Shown here in pieces: positions 25,463 to 34,957 of a stretch of 42,211 bases of DNA. The notes beneath the pieces were generated by a model. That model was not told the DNA's origin, ran no database searches, and saw only the letters and a program-made list of their open reading frames with translations. Source of the stretch: a virus. Taxonomy: Duplodnaviria > Caudoviricetes. The first letter of the stretch is position 1, and each line of letters starts with the position of its first letter. The position numbers and the translations under genes were made by a program. The stretch is from the IMG/VR virus record IMGVR_UViG_3300037692_000076, positions 1 to 42,211 of that record; one strand, 5' to 3'.

Positions 25463-26809
25463 TTATGCTTGTACTTCTTCGATACCTGCCAACACGTTGG
25501 CAATATCATCGTAGATAAATGCCAAAGTGTCAAGTGTACGAATGTAAGTATAGAAACGGCCTTCACCAACCATTGTAATCATGTTGTGGATGAATTGGTC
25601 GTTAATCCAACCCATGGACACAGCATAGTTGACATAGTTAACGATGTTCAGCTTCGAGAAGTCCCCGATCAGAATCTTTCCTACAGGTATCTTTGTACTT
25701 GCGATTACCTTAATCCCTACCAAAGTACCTTCGGCAACTTGGTTTAGTTGAGGAAATACGTAATTACGATCATCCTGTTTAATCCTAAGCGCGTTCATAT
25801 CGGCAGGGTTAAGATATACTACATTAGGCAAGTACTCAACATCATCGGTATGGTTAGCCGCAATCTGAATTTGGTTCGAAGCGGCCACAATTGCATCATA
25901 AAGATTAGGAAGAGTTTTCTTATCTGCTGTCCAAGTACCTGCAACGAAAGCAGGGGCAACAGAGATCACATAATCAATTATGATAGATTGACGTTTCAGT
26001 AAATACTTTTGAAGCAAATACGATTCAGCAATACCTTGTAACTGTGGTATATCTGTAAGAGCCTCATCCGAAAGAACTATACAACCCGCAACCTTAGTCG
26101 GAGTTAACGGAGTAGTTACCCATGTGAAATCTAACTGCGGTTTTTCAGCACCTTCGAGTACTATTGCAACATCACCTTCCTTCGGTTTAAAATCAGTATA
26201 AGCGAATGTTCCTTTTGCTGAACTGGTTACGGTTGCATAGTCTTCGATGAATGGCATCCGTAAACGAATATCATTGAGTTCATCTGAATTAATCACACCA
26301 AACAACGGACTAAGAGCCGATGCAAGCGTACCATTTGCGGTTGTAATGTCTGCTACTGCCTTCTGTTCGTAAATGTCAATCATTTGGCCTTTACGATTTG
26401 GCAAAGTTTTCAGTTCATCGGCTTTCGCTTTAAACGCTTCGGCCAACTGGTTTGGGTTCTTAGTTTTAATATCGCTAAGTTTTTTTAGTTCCAAACCCTG
26501 TAATTCGATAGCCTTTGTTAAATTCTCAATAGACTTTTCTTCAAGTCCAAGTTTGGTCATTTTTTCAGCGAATTTTGCTTCACTCATTAACCCAGCCTGA
26601 AACTTATCAATTGACTGCTCTAGAGATTTACGAATCCCTTCTTCGATCTTTTGCTTTAACTCTTTGGCAAGTTTTTGCTCATCGGTTGAACCTCCACCTT
26701 CTTCGTCTACGCTCTTAATGGCGAACATAAACGGCATGAATAAGGCCATAAGGAAGCCAAACAATAGGCTCCTACCTGTTTTTTTCTTGTTTAAAAATAG
26801 ATTTTGCAT
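25463..26809 (-). CDS. Major capsid protein, HK97 fold with N-terminal scaffold (delta) domain
   Basis: EGAEKP, LSDEALTD.PQL, YLNPAD and GKILIGDFS motifs; coiled-coil N-terminal region. Confidence 0.9.
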   Translation of the reverse strand: MQNLFLNKKKTGRSLLFGFLMALFMPFMFAIKSVDEEGGGSTDEQKLAKELKQKIEEGIRKSLEQSIDKFQAGLMSEAKFAEKMTKLGLEEKSIENLTKAIELQGLELKKLSDIKTKNPNQLAEAFKAKADELKTLPNRKGQMIDIYEQKAVADITTANGTLASALSPLFGVINSDELNDIRLRMPFIEDYATVTSSAKGTFAYTDFKPKEGDVAIVLEGAEKPQLDFTWVTTPLTPTKVAGCIVLSDEALTDIPQLQGIAESYLLQKYLLKRQSIIIDYVISVAPAFVAGTWTADKKTLPNLYDAIVAASNQIQIAANHTDDVEYLPNVVYLNPADMNALRIKQDDRNYVFPQLNQVAEGTLVGIKVIASTKIPVGKILIGDFSKLNIVNYVNYAVSMGWINDQFIHNMITMVGEGRFYTYIRTLDTLAFIYDDIANVLAGIEEVQA

Positions 26810-26813
26810 CCCT

Positions 26814-27626
26814 TTAGTTTTTAAAATGTTCGATTAATTTATTTATGTCGATCTTTTTCGGAGTGGTTGCCCGGCTCTTGGGAGTGGTTATTACCGGCTC
26901 CTGATCTGTTTTTACACTCATTGTTGGTGTTACCCAATTGCTACCAAGTACTACGGCTGAACCCTCTACAACCTTGGCTTCTTTAACCGCCCAAAAGTAA
27001 CCCTTTTCTTCGGCAGTTTCTTTGTTGGCTACTAAAGGAAAATACTTTTGCCATGCTTCATATTCTGCACCGTTGTTCTCATCGTTTATGCAAAGGGTTA
27101 ATTGTACATATCGCATCCCAACTGAATGGTTTCGTACATACCCTTTTGAATATTGCTCAAACATGAAAGGGTTACGGTTGCTTTTGATAGTCGAATCAAA
27201 TACTAATGCCTGCGTTTGGCCTGCGAAACTTGCTCCTAATTCTGACCAGTTGTATGTCTTTACAAAAGCTTTTAAATCAGTTGAATCGGATATGATATTT
27301 TTAAATTCTAGTTCGTGTTCTTGAACGTGGAAAATCATACGGTTTTCAGAAAGTGACTTGTCCCAAATACCGGGTATATGAACGTCATCGTGCGAATCCA
27401 TTAAGTTTGTCGTGTTAATTACAATGGTTGCAATGATTTCACCGGCCACAACTACGCTGCCATTCCCATCGGCCTTGTTGATAACCTTCAAATCGTTTGG
27501 CAGCTTAAAGGAAATACAGTCCGCTTTTTTTAATACGGCTTTCTTTTGAGCCTCTAACCTTTTTTTGTTGGTTACAAGCCAGTCAAAGAGTTCTCTCTTT
27601 GTTGCGAATTCGGGAATCTCAATCAT
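26814..27626 (-). CDS. Prohead maturation protease
   Basis: DSHDDVH..G.W.KS, HSVGM.Y and EGSAVVLGSN..TP motifs; lies between portal and capsid. Confidence 0.8.
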   Translation of the reverse strand: MIEIPEFATKRELFDWLVTNKKRLEAQKKAVLKKADCISFKLPNDLKVINKADGNGSVVVAGEIIATIVINTTNLMDSHDDVHIPGIWDKSLSENRMIFHVQEHELEFKNIISDSTDLKAFVKTYNWSELGASFAGQTQALVFDSTIKSNRNPFMFEQYSKGYVRNHSVGMRYVQLTLCINDENNGAEYEAWQKYFPLVANKETAEEKGYFWAVKEAKVVEGSAVVLGSNWVTPTMSVKTDQEPVITTPKSRATTPKKIDINKLIEHFKN

Positions 27627-27742
27627 TTCCGTATAATTTGATTTGTTGCCAATGCCTTTTTCTTTTCTTCAATGGATTGCTTTAAAGCTGCTTTCTTGTC
27701 TGCAATCTCATCAATGCTTTCTTTCAATGTAATTGTACTCAT
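27623..27742 (-). CDS. Small basic protein (39 aa), not in ORF track
   Basis: Hand-translated; ATGA overlaps on both sides. Confidence 0.55.
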   Translation of the reverse strand: MSTITLKESIDEIADKKAALKQSIEEKKKALATNQIIRK

Positions 27743-28989
27743 AGCTTATATTTTGAAAGTTCTGCTTTTACCTGATCTAAACTAATTGCTCCAATCTGTA
27801 GTAGATTTGCTAAAGCCTCCCCAATTACTTTGATTGCTTGCGCGCGTTCCATAATGTTCTCTTGGAATACCGGAAGATGGTCAAATGTCCCGGTTAGTTT
27901 CCAAGTGTTATTCCCTTCGGGGTCTATGAAGTTATTATAAGCATCAGTCAATTCATTAACAGACGGAATAATTGTATTCTGATACATTGCACGCTCTGCA
28001 ACAATCTTGTTCTCGTAGGTTGAATTAACGTCCATTAATTCGAATGGGGTACCTATTGCTCTACAAACAACTTTAGTATCATCTATTACCTCTTCGAATA
28101 ATTTCAATTTATTAATGTCAACAATCGTTTCAGAAAAACCAAGTGTAAGCCCTGATAGAATAAGCTGCAACTTACTTCGACCGATACCGTACTGTTTTAA
28201 GTTAGCTTGCAAATCATCCTTTTCCTCTTTCTTCATTGGAACCTGTCCGGCTACGTCCTTTCCTCTGTTCGATAATATTCCAACAGGCATTTTGCGCAGC
28301 ATATTGCGACCTTCGTATGCTACACGTATGTTTTGCAATGCCGGTGTAATTGAAGCGATTTTTGATGTGCCGTATAGGTAATTGCGCCTTAAATTGTTAT
28401 TCTCTGACTTGTCAACCTCATAGTTTACCCTATTATCGTTTAGGTGGATGAGGTCTTTAATATCAATCGGAAGGCCGTTTACATCGTTATCCTCTTTAAA
28501 ATAGTACTGTATATCTTTAGGCCGTTCAGCTTCCAAGAAAAAACGCTTTGTTTTTGTTGTTATGTACATGCACTGTGGAGGAAGTGAAAACATTCCTTTA
28601 AATGAATCAGGCATGCCAACAGGTCGAAGAAAGTATATGTATTCGTTCCCGAAAATTTGCCTGAACAAAGAACGCTGTATCATAAATTCCTTTTGCCCTT
28701 GGAACCAATTCGGACGTTTAAGCACATCAATAATTGGGGCTTTCTTTTCTACTGGCTTACCTGTCTGTTTATCAACTATCTCGAATTTAACCATGCTTTC
28801 GCATCTTGCCCGATAGTTAATTACGGCATTCAGTTCAGGTATTTCGATAAAGTCTCTAAGGTATTGGGCGTATGATTGGTTACCCCAGAAATCGGAAGGG
28901 TTTTCCCCGATTGAATAAAACCATGAATTGCCAAACTTTTCGGCCTTCATGTAACCCATCGCATTGAATAAATTTGAAACTATTGACAA
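27739..28989 (-). CDS. Portal protein (HK97-like)
   Basis: LKRPN..Q, FGNEY, IHL, GTP.EL, STYEN..AER..YQNTIIP motifs; start codon uncertain. Confidence 0.9.
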   Translation of the reverse strand: MSIVSNLFNAMGYMKAEKFGNSWFYSIGENPSDFWGNQSYAQYLRDFIEIPELNAVINYRARCESMVKFEIVDKQTGKPVEKKAPIIDVLKRPNWFQGQKEFMIQRSLFRQIFGNEYIYFLRPVGMPDSFKGMFSLPPQCMYITTKTKRFFLEAERPKDIQYYFKEDNDVNGLPIDIKDLIHLNDNRVNYEVDKSENNNLRRNYLYGTSKIASITPALQNIRVAYEGRNMLRKMPVGILSNRGKDVAGQVPMKKEEKDDLQANLKQYGIGRSKLQLILSGLTLGFSETIVDINKLKLFEEVIDDTKVVCRAIGTPFELMDVNSTYENKIVAERAMYQNTIIPSVNELTDAYNNFIDPEGNNTWKLTGTFDHLPVFQENIMERAQAIKVIGEALANLLQIGAISLDQVKAELSKYKL

Positions 28990-29090
28990 GGCGTTTATGT
29001 TTTGTCAAATGTACAAATTAATTGACAAAGTGCATATTTATGTCGATAAATGTATAAATGTATGTCTTAGCCCGTGGATTTTTGATATTT

Positions 29091-30257
29091 TTATTGCTCT
29101 AACGAAAAGAAATGGGTGTATACTCCGTACCTTAATGCCGCAAGTAAATGCCATTTTCGAGTATCTTCAACCGTGTTTGTGATAATGTCGCCAACAGCTA
29201 CCCATCTATAGTGGTTTTTTTCATACTGTAGGTTCTCATCCATAGCCGTATAGTAGACTGTGAATTGCTTTATCTTATTAATTCCGTACCATTCCGACCG
29301 CTCGCCTTTGATAGCTACGTTTACATCAATACCTATTCTTCGAAGCGATGCAATTGCAGCCGGGTCAACTTCGCTATAGAATGGTTGACCGTTTTGCCAT
29401 CCGTTTTTTTCTAGTACCTGCTTAATCTGCCATTCATCCATCCCTCCAAGAACATAGCAGCATTCACGTATATAAAGCGAACGAGGTTTATTTATCCCGA
29501 TCTTTATTATGGCTGTTTTACCTGCTGTTTTACTTGTCCCGTATCCGTAATCTATGGCCCAAATTGTTTCGGAGAATCCTTTAGGCCACTGATCGATTGG
29601 AAGGTTTACCCAATTGGTATATATTGAGGCTTTGAGTTGACCTGTCAACCCCCTGGCGTACACTCTCCACAATTCAGTGTCTTCTATTGATTCAATCTCG
29701 TTGTGCTGTGAAGTGGTTAGGAATGGGTTGTGCCTATGGTCTGTAATGAATAGCCGTACATCGGATTTCCCAATTAACTTATCATGAGACCAGAATGTCT
29801 GTGTAGGATTGTAATCGATTATACGCTTTGCAAATGGCTCTAGGTTTGTTCGCATGGCAAGCTGTTCGTAAACTTCCCACTTCATAAAATCGGCCTCATT
29901 TACATAAAGAACGTTTCTCTTTGCTCCCTTGGCATCCTGCTCATCGGCTATCGATAGGAATTCAATAAGTGAACCATTATTAAATGTGAATATCCTATCC
30001 GATCTATTGTAATTCAATACCTGATTCTTTATCTCGGGTGTTGTGTTAACAATTCTAAGCGCATCCCGTAACGCTCCTTTTTTGAGTGCAGGAATGTCCT
30101 CTCCTACTACCGTGCTTATGAGGTTTGGATATTCAGTTGACCATGTAAAAATGTTTTGAAGTGCCGAAAATGTCTTGCCAGACCATTGGCCGCCCTGTAG
30201 TACGATAGTCTTTTCTTCGCAATTCCTAATAAGATCGTAAAGGGGGGCGGTTTTCAT
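29091..30257 (-). CDS. Terminase large subunit (PBSX-like)
   Basis: Walker A QGGQWSGKT, Walker B LYVNEA, DYNP coupling motif, nuclease IDYGY, C-terminal H..AALRY. Confidence 0.92.
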   Translation of the reverse strand: MKTAPLYDLIRNCEEKTIVLQGGQWSGKTFSALQNIFTWSTEYPNLISTVVGEDIPALKKGALRDALRIVNTTPEIKNQVLNYNRSDRIFTFNNGSLIEFLSIADEQDAKGAKRNVLYVNEADFMKWEVYEQLAMRTNLEPFAKRIIDYNPTQTFWSHDKLIGKSDVRLFITDHRHNPFLTTSQHNEIESIEDTELWRVYARGLTGQLKASIYTNWVNLPIDQWPKGFSETIWAIDYGYGTSKTAGKTAIIKIGINKPRSLYIRECCYVLGGMDEWQIKQVLEKNGWQNGQPFYSEVDPAAIASLRRIGIDVNVAIKGERSEWYGINKIKQFTVYYTAMDENLQYEKNHYRWVAVGDIITNTVEDTRKWHLLAALRYGVYTHFFSLEQ

Positions 30258-30763
30258 TTCTCTATCTGTACATCGTTCTCATCACTGGCGATTGGTGTTT
30301 TGACTTGGATGACTTCAACAACCATCTTGTGATCGGTTATTTCTTGTTTGACTTCCTGTTTGTCGACTAAGCCAAGTTCACGTGAAATTATATTCGCATT
30401 TAAAAGGTTACCACTTGCGCCCTGAAACTTTTGCGTAAATATAGTTTGCTCAATATCAGCTATGACCGTTAAGAAATCTTTATTCTCTTCTTTTAAAGTT
30501 GACTTAAATACCCGAAAATAGGACTCGTCACAATGAAGGTAGAAACATAGTTGCCCTAGTGTCATTGCTCGCATTACAGGCAATTGTTTTGTGGTTATTT
30601 TACCTTGGAATGCAAATGCCTTTGTTTCTTTCAATGGATTTTTTTCTGCCCATTCGAAATACTCACATGCAGCCTCCCATAATAGTTGAGGGGTTTCAAA
30701 TAGTTTATCCCTGCCGTGCTTTGATCTTAACTTCCAAAACTGGTTCCCAAGCGGAGCGCTCAT
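30254..30763 (-). CDS. Terminase small subunit (P22 gp3-like)
   Basis: APLGNQFWKLRSKHGR..LWEAACEYFEW and NANIISRELGL motifs. Confidence 0.9.
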   Translation of the reverse strand: MSAPLGNQFWKLRSKHGRDKLFETPQLLWEAACEYFEWAEKNPLKETKAFAFQGKITTKQLPVMRAMTLGQLCFYLHCDESYFRVFKSTLKEENKDFLTVIADIEQTIFTQKFQGASGNLLNANIISRELGLVDKQEVKQEITDHKMVVEVIQVKTPIASDENDVQIEK

Positions 30764-30910
30764 ATTAATTAATTTTTATAGTAACCTGATAATATTTTGT
30801 TCCATTAGGGGTACGACTATAACCAAGTTCTATTTCAGAAATTGAACAATTATTGTCCTCGTTAAACTTTTCAAGACTTACAATAATTTCGTTTTTTAAT
30901 TCTTGGATAG

Positions 30911-31273
30911 TCATAGTATAATTTTTAATTCTTCGTTTGTGAATGAAAAATAAAGGTTTTGGAGTTGGTGAACGTATTTTATATTAAGACATGGATAATC
31001 AAATATAAAAATCTTAAAATCAACTCCTTGATCTAATAATTCTATGTATTCTACAGAAATATGTTTAAAATATTCGTTCCCATCTCCAAAATATCCAAAC
31101 CCGGCTTTTAATAACCATTCTTCGGTAAGAGTAATAGGTTTAAAAGGTATGGGATGAAAACCGTAATTTCTAATCATTACGAAATCTTCAATATCTATTC
31201 TGCGAATCTTAGGATTGCGCAAATCGAATATATCTTCTACAATGTTTTGTAATCTAAGTTCGTTTGCTTTCAT
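30911..31273 (-). CDS. Hypothetical phage protein
   Basis: MKANELR, PITLTEEWLLKAGF and KYVHQLQNLYF motifs common in Bacteroidota phages. Confidence 0.75.
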   Translation of the reverse strand: MKANELRLQNIVEDIFDLRNPKIRRIDIEDFVMIRNYGFHPIPFKPITLTEEWLLKAGFGYFGDGNEYFKHISVEYIELLDQGVDFKIFIFDYPCLNIKYVHQLQNLYFSFTNEELKIIL

Positions 31274-31433
31274 TGCTTTTTAATGTTAAACCCAAACTTC
31301 TTCGCCTGTTTCAATAAACCTAATCAAAGTTAGGCCTGTTGATGCATCGTAATCTATGATGTTATAATTGCATCTTTCTGGCTTTTTTGACTTGAATGCT
31401 TTGAGTAATCCTGTTATAAATTTTTTCATTTTT

Positions 31434-31640
31434 TTAAAGTATAAATTTTAGTTCCTGATCGTTTCCGTTGCTATCCCGTAATAAAACCTTTTTACCTGCA
31501 TTTGTTTCGGTTAAAATAGATTTAGCGATTTCCAATGAGTTCGAAACAACTACCGTTCTATTTTCATTTTTCATTAAACGGATTAATTCATTTACGTTTT
31601 GAAAACTTCTATCACTTAAGTTCATTGTTACTCGTTTCAT
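31434..31640 (-). CDS. Ribbon-helix-helix-like DNA-binding protein
   Basis: KRVTMNLS beta strand followed by two helices (NRTVVVSNSL). Confidence 0.55.
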   Translation of the reverse strand: MKRVTMNLSDRSFQNVNELIRLMKNENRTVVVSNSLEIAKSILTETNAGKKVLLRDSNGNDQELKFIL

Positions 31641-31643
31641 TTA

Positions 31644-31895
31644 TTAGTATTTTGAAGTTCCACAGATCGAATCGGATTGCTTACCATTTTCGAATTTATC
31701 GAAGTCCTCGCATGATTTACATGGTTCTCTATGTGGTGGTAAATGGGAATGTGTGCAATTCATACAATTTATAACTATTTCACATAAATATTCATTTATG
31801 AACTTCCTAACCTCGTTCTTTTCTAAATTGCTTGGTAGCTCATCAATGATATGCTTTATACTGCCAACTGCTGTGTTTAGTATTGATAGGTTCAT
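31644..31895 (-). CDS. Small Cys-rich protein
   Basis: CMNCTH...EPCKSC; start MNLSIL preferred. Confidence 0.55.
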   Translation of the reverse strand: MNLSILNTAVGSIKHIIDELPSNLEKNEVRKFINEYLCEIVINCMNCTHSHLPPHREPCKSCEDFDKFENGKQSDSICGTSKY

Positions 31896-31908
31896 GGCTT
31901 GTTTCCGT

Positions 31909-32019
31909 TTAAATGACAAATATTTGATCACAATTGCTACAATGGTACTGTGTCCAGTCGATACCATGCATTACTTCTTCGGTATTAATTGATAGGCACG
32001 TTAGGCATTGGGCTTTCAT
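31909..32019 (-). CDS. 36-aa zinc-ribbon peptide (MKAQCLTC...YHCSNCDQIFVI), not in ORF track
   Basis: Hand-translated; two CxxC pairs; ATGA overlap. Confidence 0.6.
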   Translation of the reverse strand: MKAQCLTCLSINTEEVMHGIDWTQYHCSNCDQIFVI

Positions 32020-32297
32020 TCATTTACTTTTTTTAATTCAATAGATACTGGTAGGCCATAAAGCCAAAATTCTCTTTGACCTGATTTATCAAAAAATTTT
32101 TCGCACTTAAGTTTAAAGTTATATTTACCATGCTTTAGTGTGAATTCATTCAAAAGTCCATAGATGGAAAATTCTAAATCTTCGACCTCATTTTTTAACG
32201 TCATTTCTTCGTTAATGACTGTAATATAATCGATTATATTTTCGATATATACTATCTTTTCTTGTTTGGTTAAATCTTTAAATGCTTTCCTTTTCAT
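32016..32297 (-). CDS. Hypothetical protein
   Basis: ORF tiles with neighbours. Confidence 0.6.
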   Translation of the reverse strand: MKRKAFKDLTKQEKIVYIENIIDYITVINEEMTLKNEVEDLEFSIYGLLNEFTLKHGKYNFKLKCEKFFDKSGQREFWLYGLPVSIELKKVNE

Positions 32298-32604
32298 CGT
32301 GGAGCTGTGATTTTGATGTTTTTAAAAATAAGTAGGTTATGAATACACCAATTATACACATTATGAAAAAACATATTGATAAGACGTAAAGATTTTTAGA
32401 TAAAGCAATCAAACACATTACCCAAAAACTAATTGATGTTATTCGCATGTTTCGAGAGACTCGAATAATCCGTTTTTGCTCATTTTCAAAGTAGTTCGGC
32501 TCTGTAACATCATCCAAGGCAATAGTTACGGAATTCTTCGAATAGTGAATCTTTCCGATTGCCTTCGAACTATCGATTTGCAGGGGTACAATTACCTTTT
32601 TCAT
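32278..32604 (-). CDS. Two-TM membrane protein
   Basis: Two C-terminal hydrophobic segments. Confidence 0.55.
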   Translation of the reverse strand: MKKVIVPLQIDSSKAIGKIHYSKNSVTIALDDVTEPNYFENEQKRIIRVSRNMRITSISFWVMCLIALSKNLYVLSICFFIMCIIGVFITYLFLKTSKSQLHDEKESI

Positions 32605-32736
32605 CCTTTATTGGTTTTTGAGTTAATGGCCTGAAAAGTTGGCATCCTTCGCAATCTAAAAACCCTTCGCGCTTCTTTGTCTGTTGGCAATAGGCCACAT
32701 TCAGGGTATTGATTATGTTATTACAGGTTTCTCGTA

Positions 32737-32964
32737 TCATCGCTTGAAGTTATCGTTTTGCATCTTTACGTTTAGATATTCCTTTACCCTTGCGCCCAAT
32801 GGAATGACTATGTAACCCTTCTTTGTATACTCGGTTTTGTTCTTTTTGCCAAAGTTAAGCGATAGGGTGCAGGCTTTTAATTCCGGGAATAGTTCCTCAA
32901 CCTTTTTCCGTCCTGTACAGGTGGCAAATTCACCTGTTTTTGTGTTGGTTACTGTGTAATGCAT
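32737..32964 (-). CDS. Hypothetical protein, possibly DNA-binding
   Basis: ORF follows a terminator and a TATATTTG box at 32968-32975. Confidence 0.55.
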   Translation of the reverse strand: MHYTVTNTKTGEFATCTGRKKVEELFPELKACTLSLNFGKKNKTEYTKKGYIVIPLGARVKEYLNVKMQNDNFKR

Positions 32965-33019
32965 GCGCAAATATAGTTAAAATATGTCTTGGCTCGTCAT
33001 TTATTAATATAATTTATTG

Positions 33020-33047
33020 AAAAAAGGGGTTTTTACGCCCCTGTTTT
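33020..33047 (-). terminator. Intrinsic terminator
   Basis: AGGGG..CCCCT stem with a T tract on the minus strand. Confidence 0.65.
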
Positions 33048-33048
33048 C

Positions 33049-33672
33049 CTATTCCGGTTCTTCCTCGGTGTCCTCTTCGTTATCTTCCTGCTCCTTTACT
33101 TCCTCTTCTTTTTTGAAAAGAGATAGTTCGGACTGTTCGAAATCGCTGTGCTTGTTTTCGTAAATGTACTTGTAGGTTTCTTCAATGATTTCATCTACTT
33201 TTTCAAGTAAATCCTCTTCAAAGCCATAAGTACTTGCACTAAGTTGAATGGCAGTAGTACAACGGCCGGAAATCTTTTTGCTTCCGTCAATCTTCTTGTA
33301 CTTGATTACGCACTTTCTGGCCTCATCTTGGCCGGAAATCGAAATACCTGTTATCTCAATCTTACTCATAGCCTGAACAGTCATGCCTTCGGCTATCTTG
33401 CTTAGCGTGTCGAGATTGTTTATACCTGCCTGTTCAGCCGTTGTAACCATTAACCGAAAGTCGATTTCTTCCGTTCTTAGTACCATCGGTTTGAGCGATT
33501 TGAAGAGCCTCATCATGTCCTCGTGTACATTTAGAGTTCGTTTCATCTTAAACTCATCCGTTTGACCATCGTTCCCGATTGGGTAGTAATACTCATATTC
33601 AATGTAAGCACCGCCCGAATTGAGTGTCTTAATTGATTTTAAATGGAAGTCTTTAAATTGTGGTTTAACCAT
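33049..33672 (-). CDS. Hypothetical protein with acidic C-terminal tail
   Basis: 207-aa ORF; tail EEEVKEQEDNEEDTEEEPE. Confidence 0.75.
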   Translation of the reverse strand: MVKPQFKDFHLKSIKTLNSGGAYIEYEYYYPIGNDGQTDEFKMKRTLNVHEDMMRLFKSLKPMVLRTEEIDFRLMVTTAEQAGINNLDTLSKIAEGMTVQAMSKIEITGISISGQDEARKCVIKYKKIDGSKKISGRCTTAIQLSASTYGFEEDLLEKVDEIIEETYKYIYENKHSDFEQSELSLFKKEEEVKEQEDNEEDTEEEPE

Positions 33673-33699
33673 GTTTTTACTTTTTAAAGTTAATTATAA

Positions 33700-34026
33700 T
33701 TAAGAATTACCGGAACCGGAACCGTAACCGTCACCGGAACCGTAACCGGAACCGTCACCGGAACCGTCACCGGAACCGTCACCGGAACCGGAACCGGAAC
33801 CGTAACCGTAACCGTCACCGGAACCGGAACCGTCACCGGAACCGTCACCGGAACCGTCACCGTAACCGTAACCGGAACCGTAACCGTAACCGTCACCGGA
33901 ACCGTAACCGTCACCGGAACCGTAACCGGAACCGTAACCGGAACCGTCACCGGAACCGTCACCGGAACCGTCACCGGAACCGTCACCGGAACCGTAACCG
34001 TAACCGGAATTTATTATTGTTTCCAT
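33700..34026 (-). CDS. Glycine-rich (Gly-Ser/Tyr/Asp)n repeat protein
   Basis: ATG start overlapping the upstream gene; 50 Gly-X dipeptides. Confidence 0.7.
   Translation of the reverse strand: METIINSGYGYGSGDGSGDGSGDGSGDGSGYGSGYGSGDGYGSGDGYGYGSGYGYGDGSGDGSGDGSGSGDGYGYGSGSGSGDGSGDGSGDGSGYGSGDGYGSGSGNS
33709..34008. repeat. Tandem array of 50 hexamers (ACCGGA/ACCGTA/ACCGTC)
   Basis: 300 nt composed only of these three hexamers. Confidence 0.97.
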
Positions 34027-34385
34027 ACAGGTATATTTATTAAAATTTCCTTCGCTTTGTCTGTTATAAAGTCAAATTCAATACATTCAGTAAGAATTAA
34101 CTTTTCAATTTCTATTGGAAATTTACATTTATCAGGTTTACTTGTCCCCTCTGTTGATAACTGGCTCAACGAAGCCGCTCCTTCCCAATAATACACCCGA
34201 CGAGCCTTTAACATTGTGCATTCTTTTCCATTACGCTCTTTAACGTAACCAAAAAACACACCGGCTGAATAAGTTCTAACCATGCAGAAGTCCATGCCGT
34301 CCAATTTTTCTGCTAACTTATTAGCTGAATCTTTTGGCACATACTTAACTCCATTTACTTCAATTTCATTGATTTTTGTTTCCAT
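34014..34385 (-). CDS. DUF6948-like phage protein
   Basis: VRTYSAGVFFG...ARR..YW.GAASLSQL..EG motif. Confidence 0.7.
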   Translation of the reverse strand: METKINEIEVNGVKYVPKDSANKLAEKLDGMDFCMVRTYSAGVFFGYVKERNGKECTMLKARRVYYWEGAASLSQLSTEGTSKPDKCKFPIEIEKLILTECIEFDFITDKAKEILINIPVWKQ

Positions 34386-34395
34386 GCTTTTTAAA

Positions 34396-34698
34396 TTAGT
34401 TTAATTTACTTGATATGATATTTAATTTATCTCTTTTTTTGTGACATTCCCTACCTTCAAGAATGATGTTATCCAAATCCCATGCCTTTTCACAATATCC
34501 GTTCTTTTGGCAAGTGTCGACAGATACTATGTGCGCACAATCAACAGGCTTGCAATCGTTTCTTAAACATGTTTGGCATGTAATGTAACCGTATCGTACT
34601 AAATTCTGTATGATCTTTTGCTCTTTGGCCTTCCTTACTTTTTTGTCTATTTCAGCCTTGGAAACGCGTTCTCCTGTACTTGTTTTGAAGTAGTTCAT
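34396..34698 (-). CDS. HNH/NinG-like nuclease-fold protein
   Basis: CQTC...DCAHIVS...WDLDNI...RECH. Confidence 0.7.
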   Translation of the reverse strand: MNYFKTSTGERVSKAEIDKKVRKAKEQKIIQNLVRYGYITCQTCLRNDCKPVDCAHIVSVDTCQKNGYCEKAWDLDNIILEGRECHKKRDKLNIISSKLN

Positions 34699-34919
34699 TT
34701 TATTGGGCTTTTAATTTCTATTTCAATAAATAAAAGGCAAATTAATATGTATGTATCTGATACATACAATCCAATTAAATCGCCTTCAAATGATTTTTCT
34801 TTACCCTGAATATCAATTTTCAGTAAGTTAAATCGAAACCCGTTATAACTTGTATATTCCAAGTTTACAATTGTAATTTCTCTTATTGATAGGTTTTTAA
34901 GAAATTGAAGTGCTTTCAT
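34695..34919 (-). CDS. Hypothetical protein
   Basis: ATGA overlap with the downstream gene. Confidence 0.55.
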   Translation of the reverse strand: MKALQFLKNLSIREITIVNLEYTSYNGFRFNLLKIDIQGKEKSFEGDLIGLYVSDTYILICLLFIEIEIKSPIK

Positions 34920-34957
34920 TCTATTGGGCGTATTCGTTTTGTTAATTCTTCACATTA

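Noticed and set aside
33690-33986. (TVPV)n ORF from the ORF track
   Set aside because: Alternative frame of the hexamer array that starts inside the repeat at a GTG; the Gly-rich frame has a proper ATG coupled to the upstream gene
33709-34008. CRISPR array
   Set aside because: Contiguous 6-nt units with no unique spacers and no cas genes
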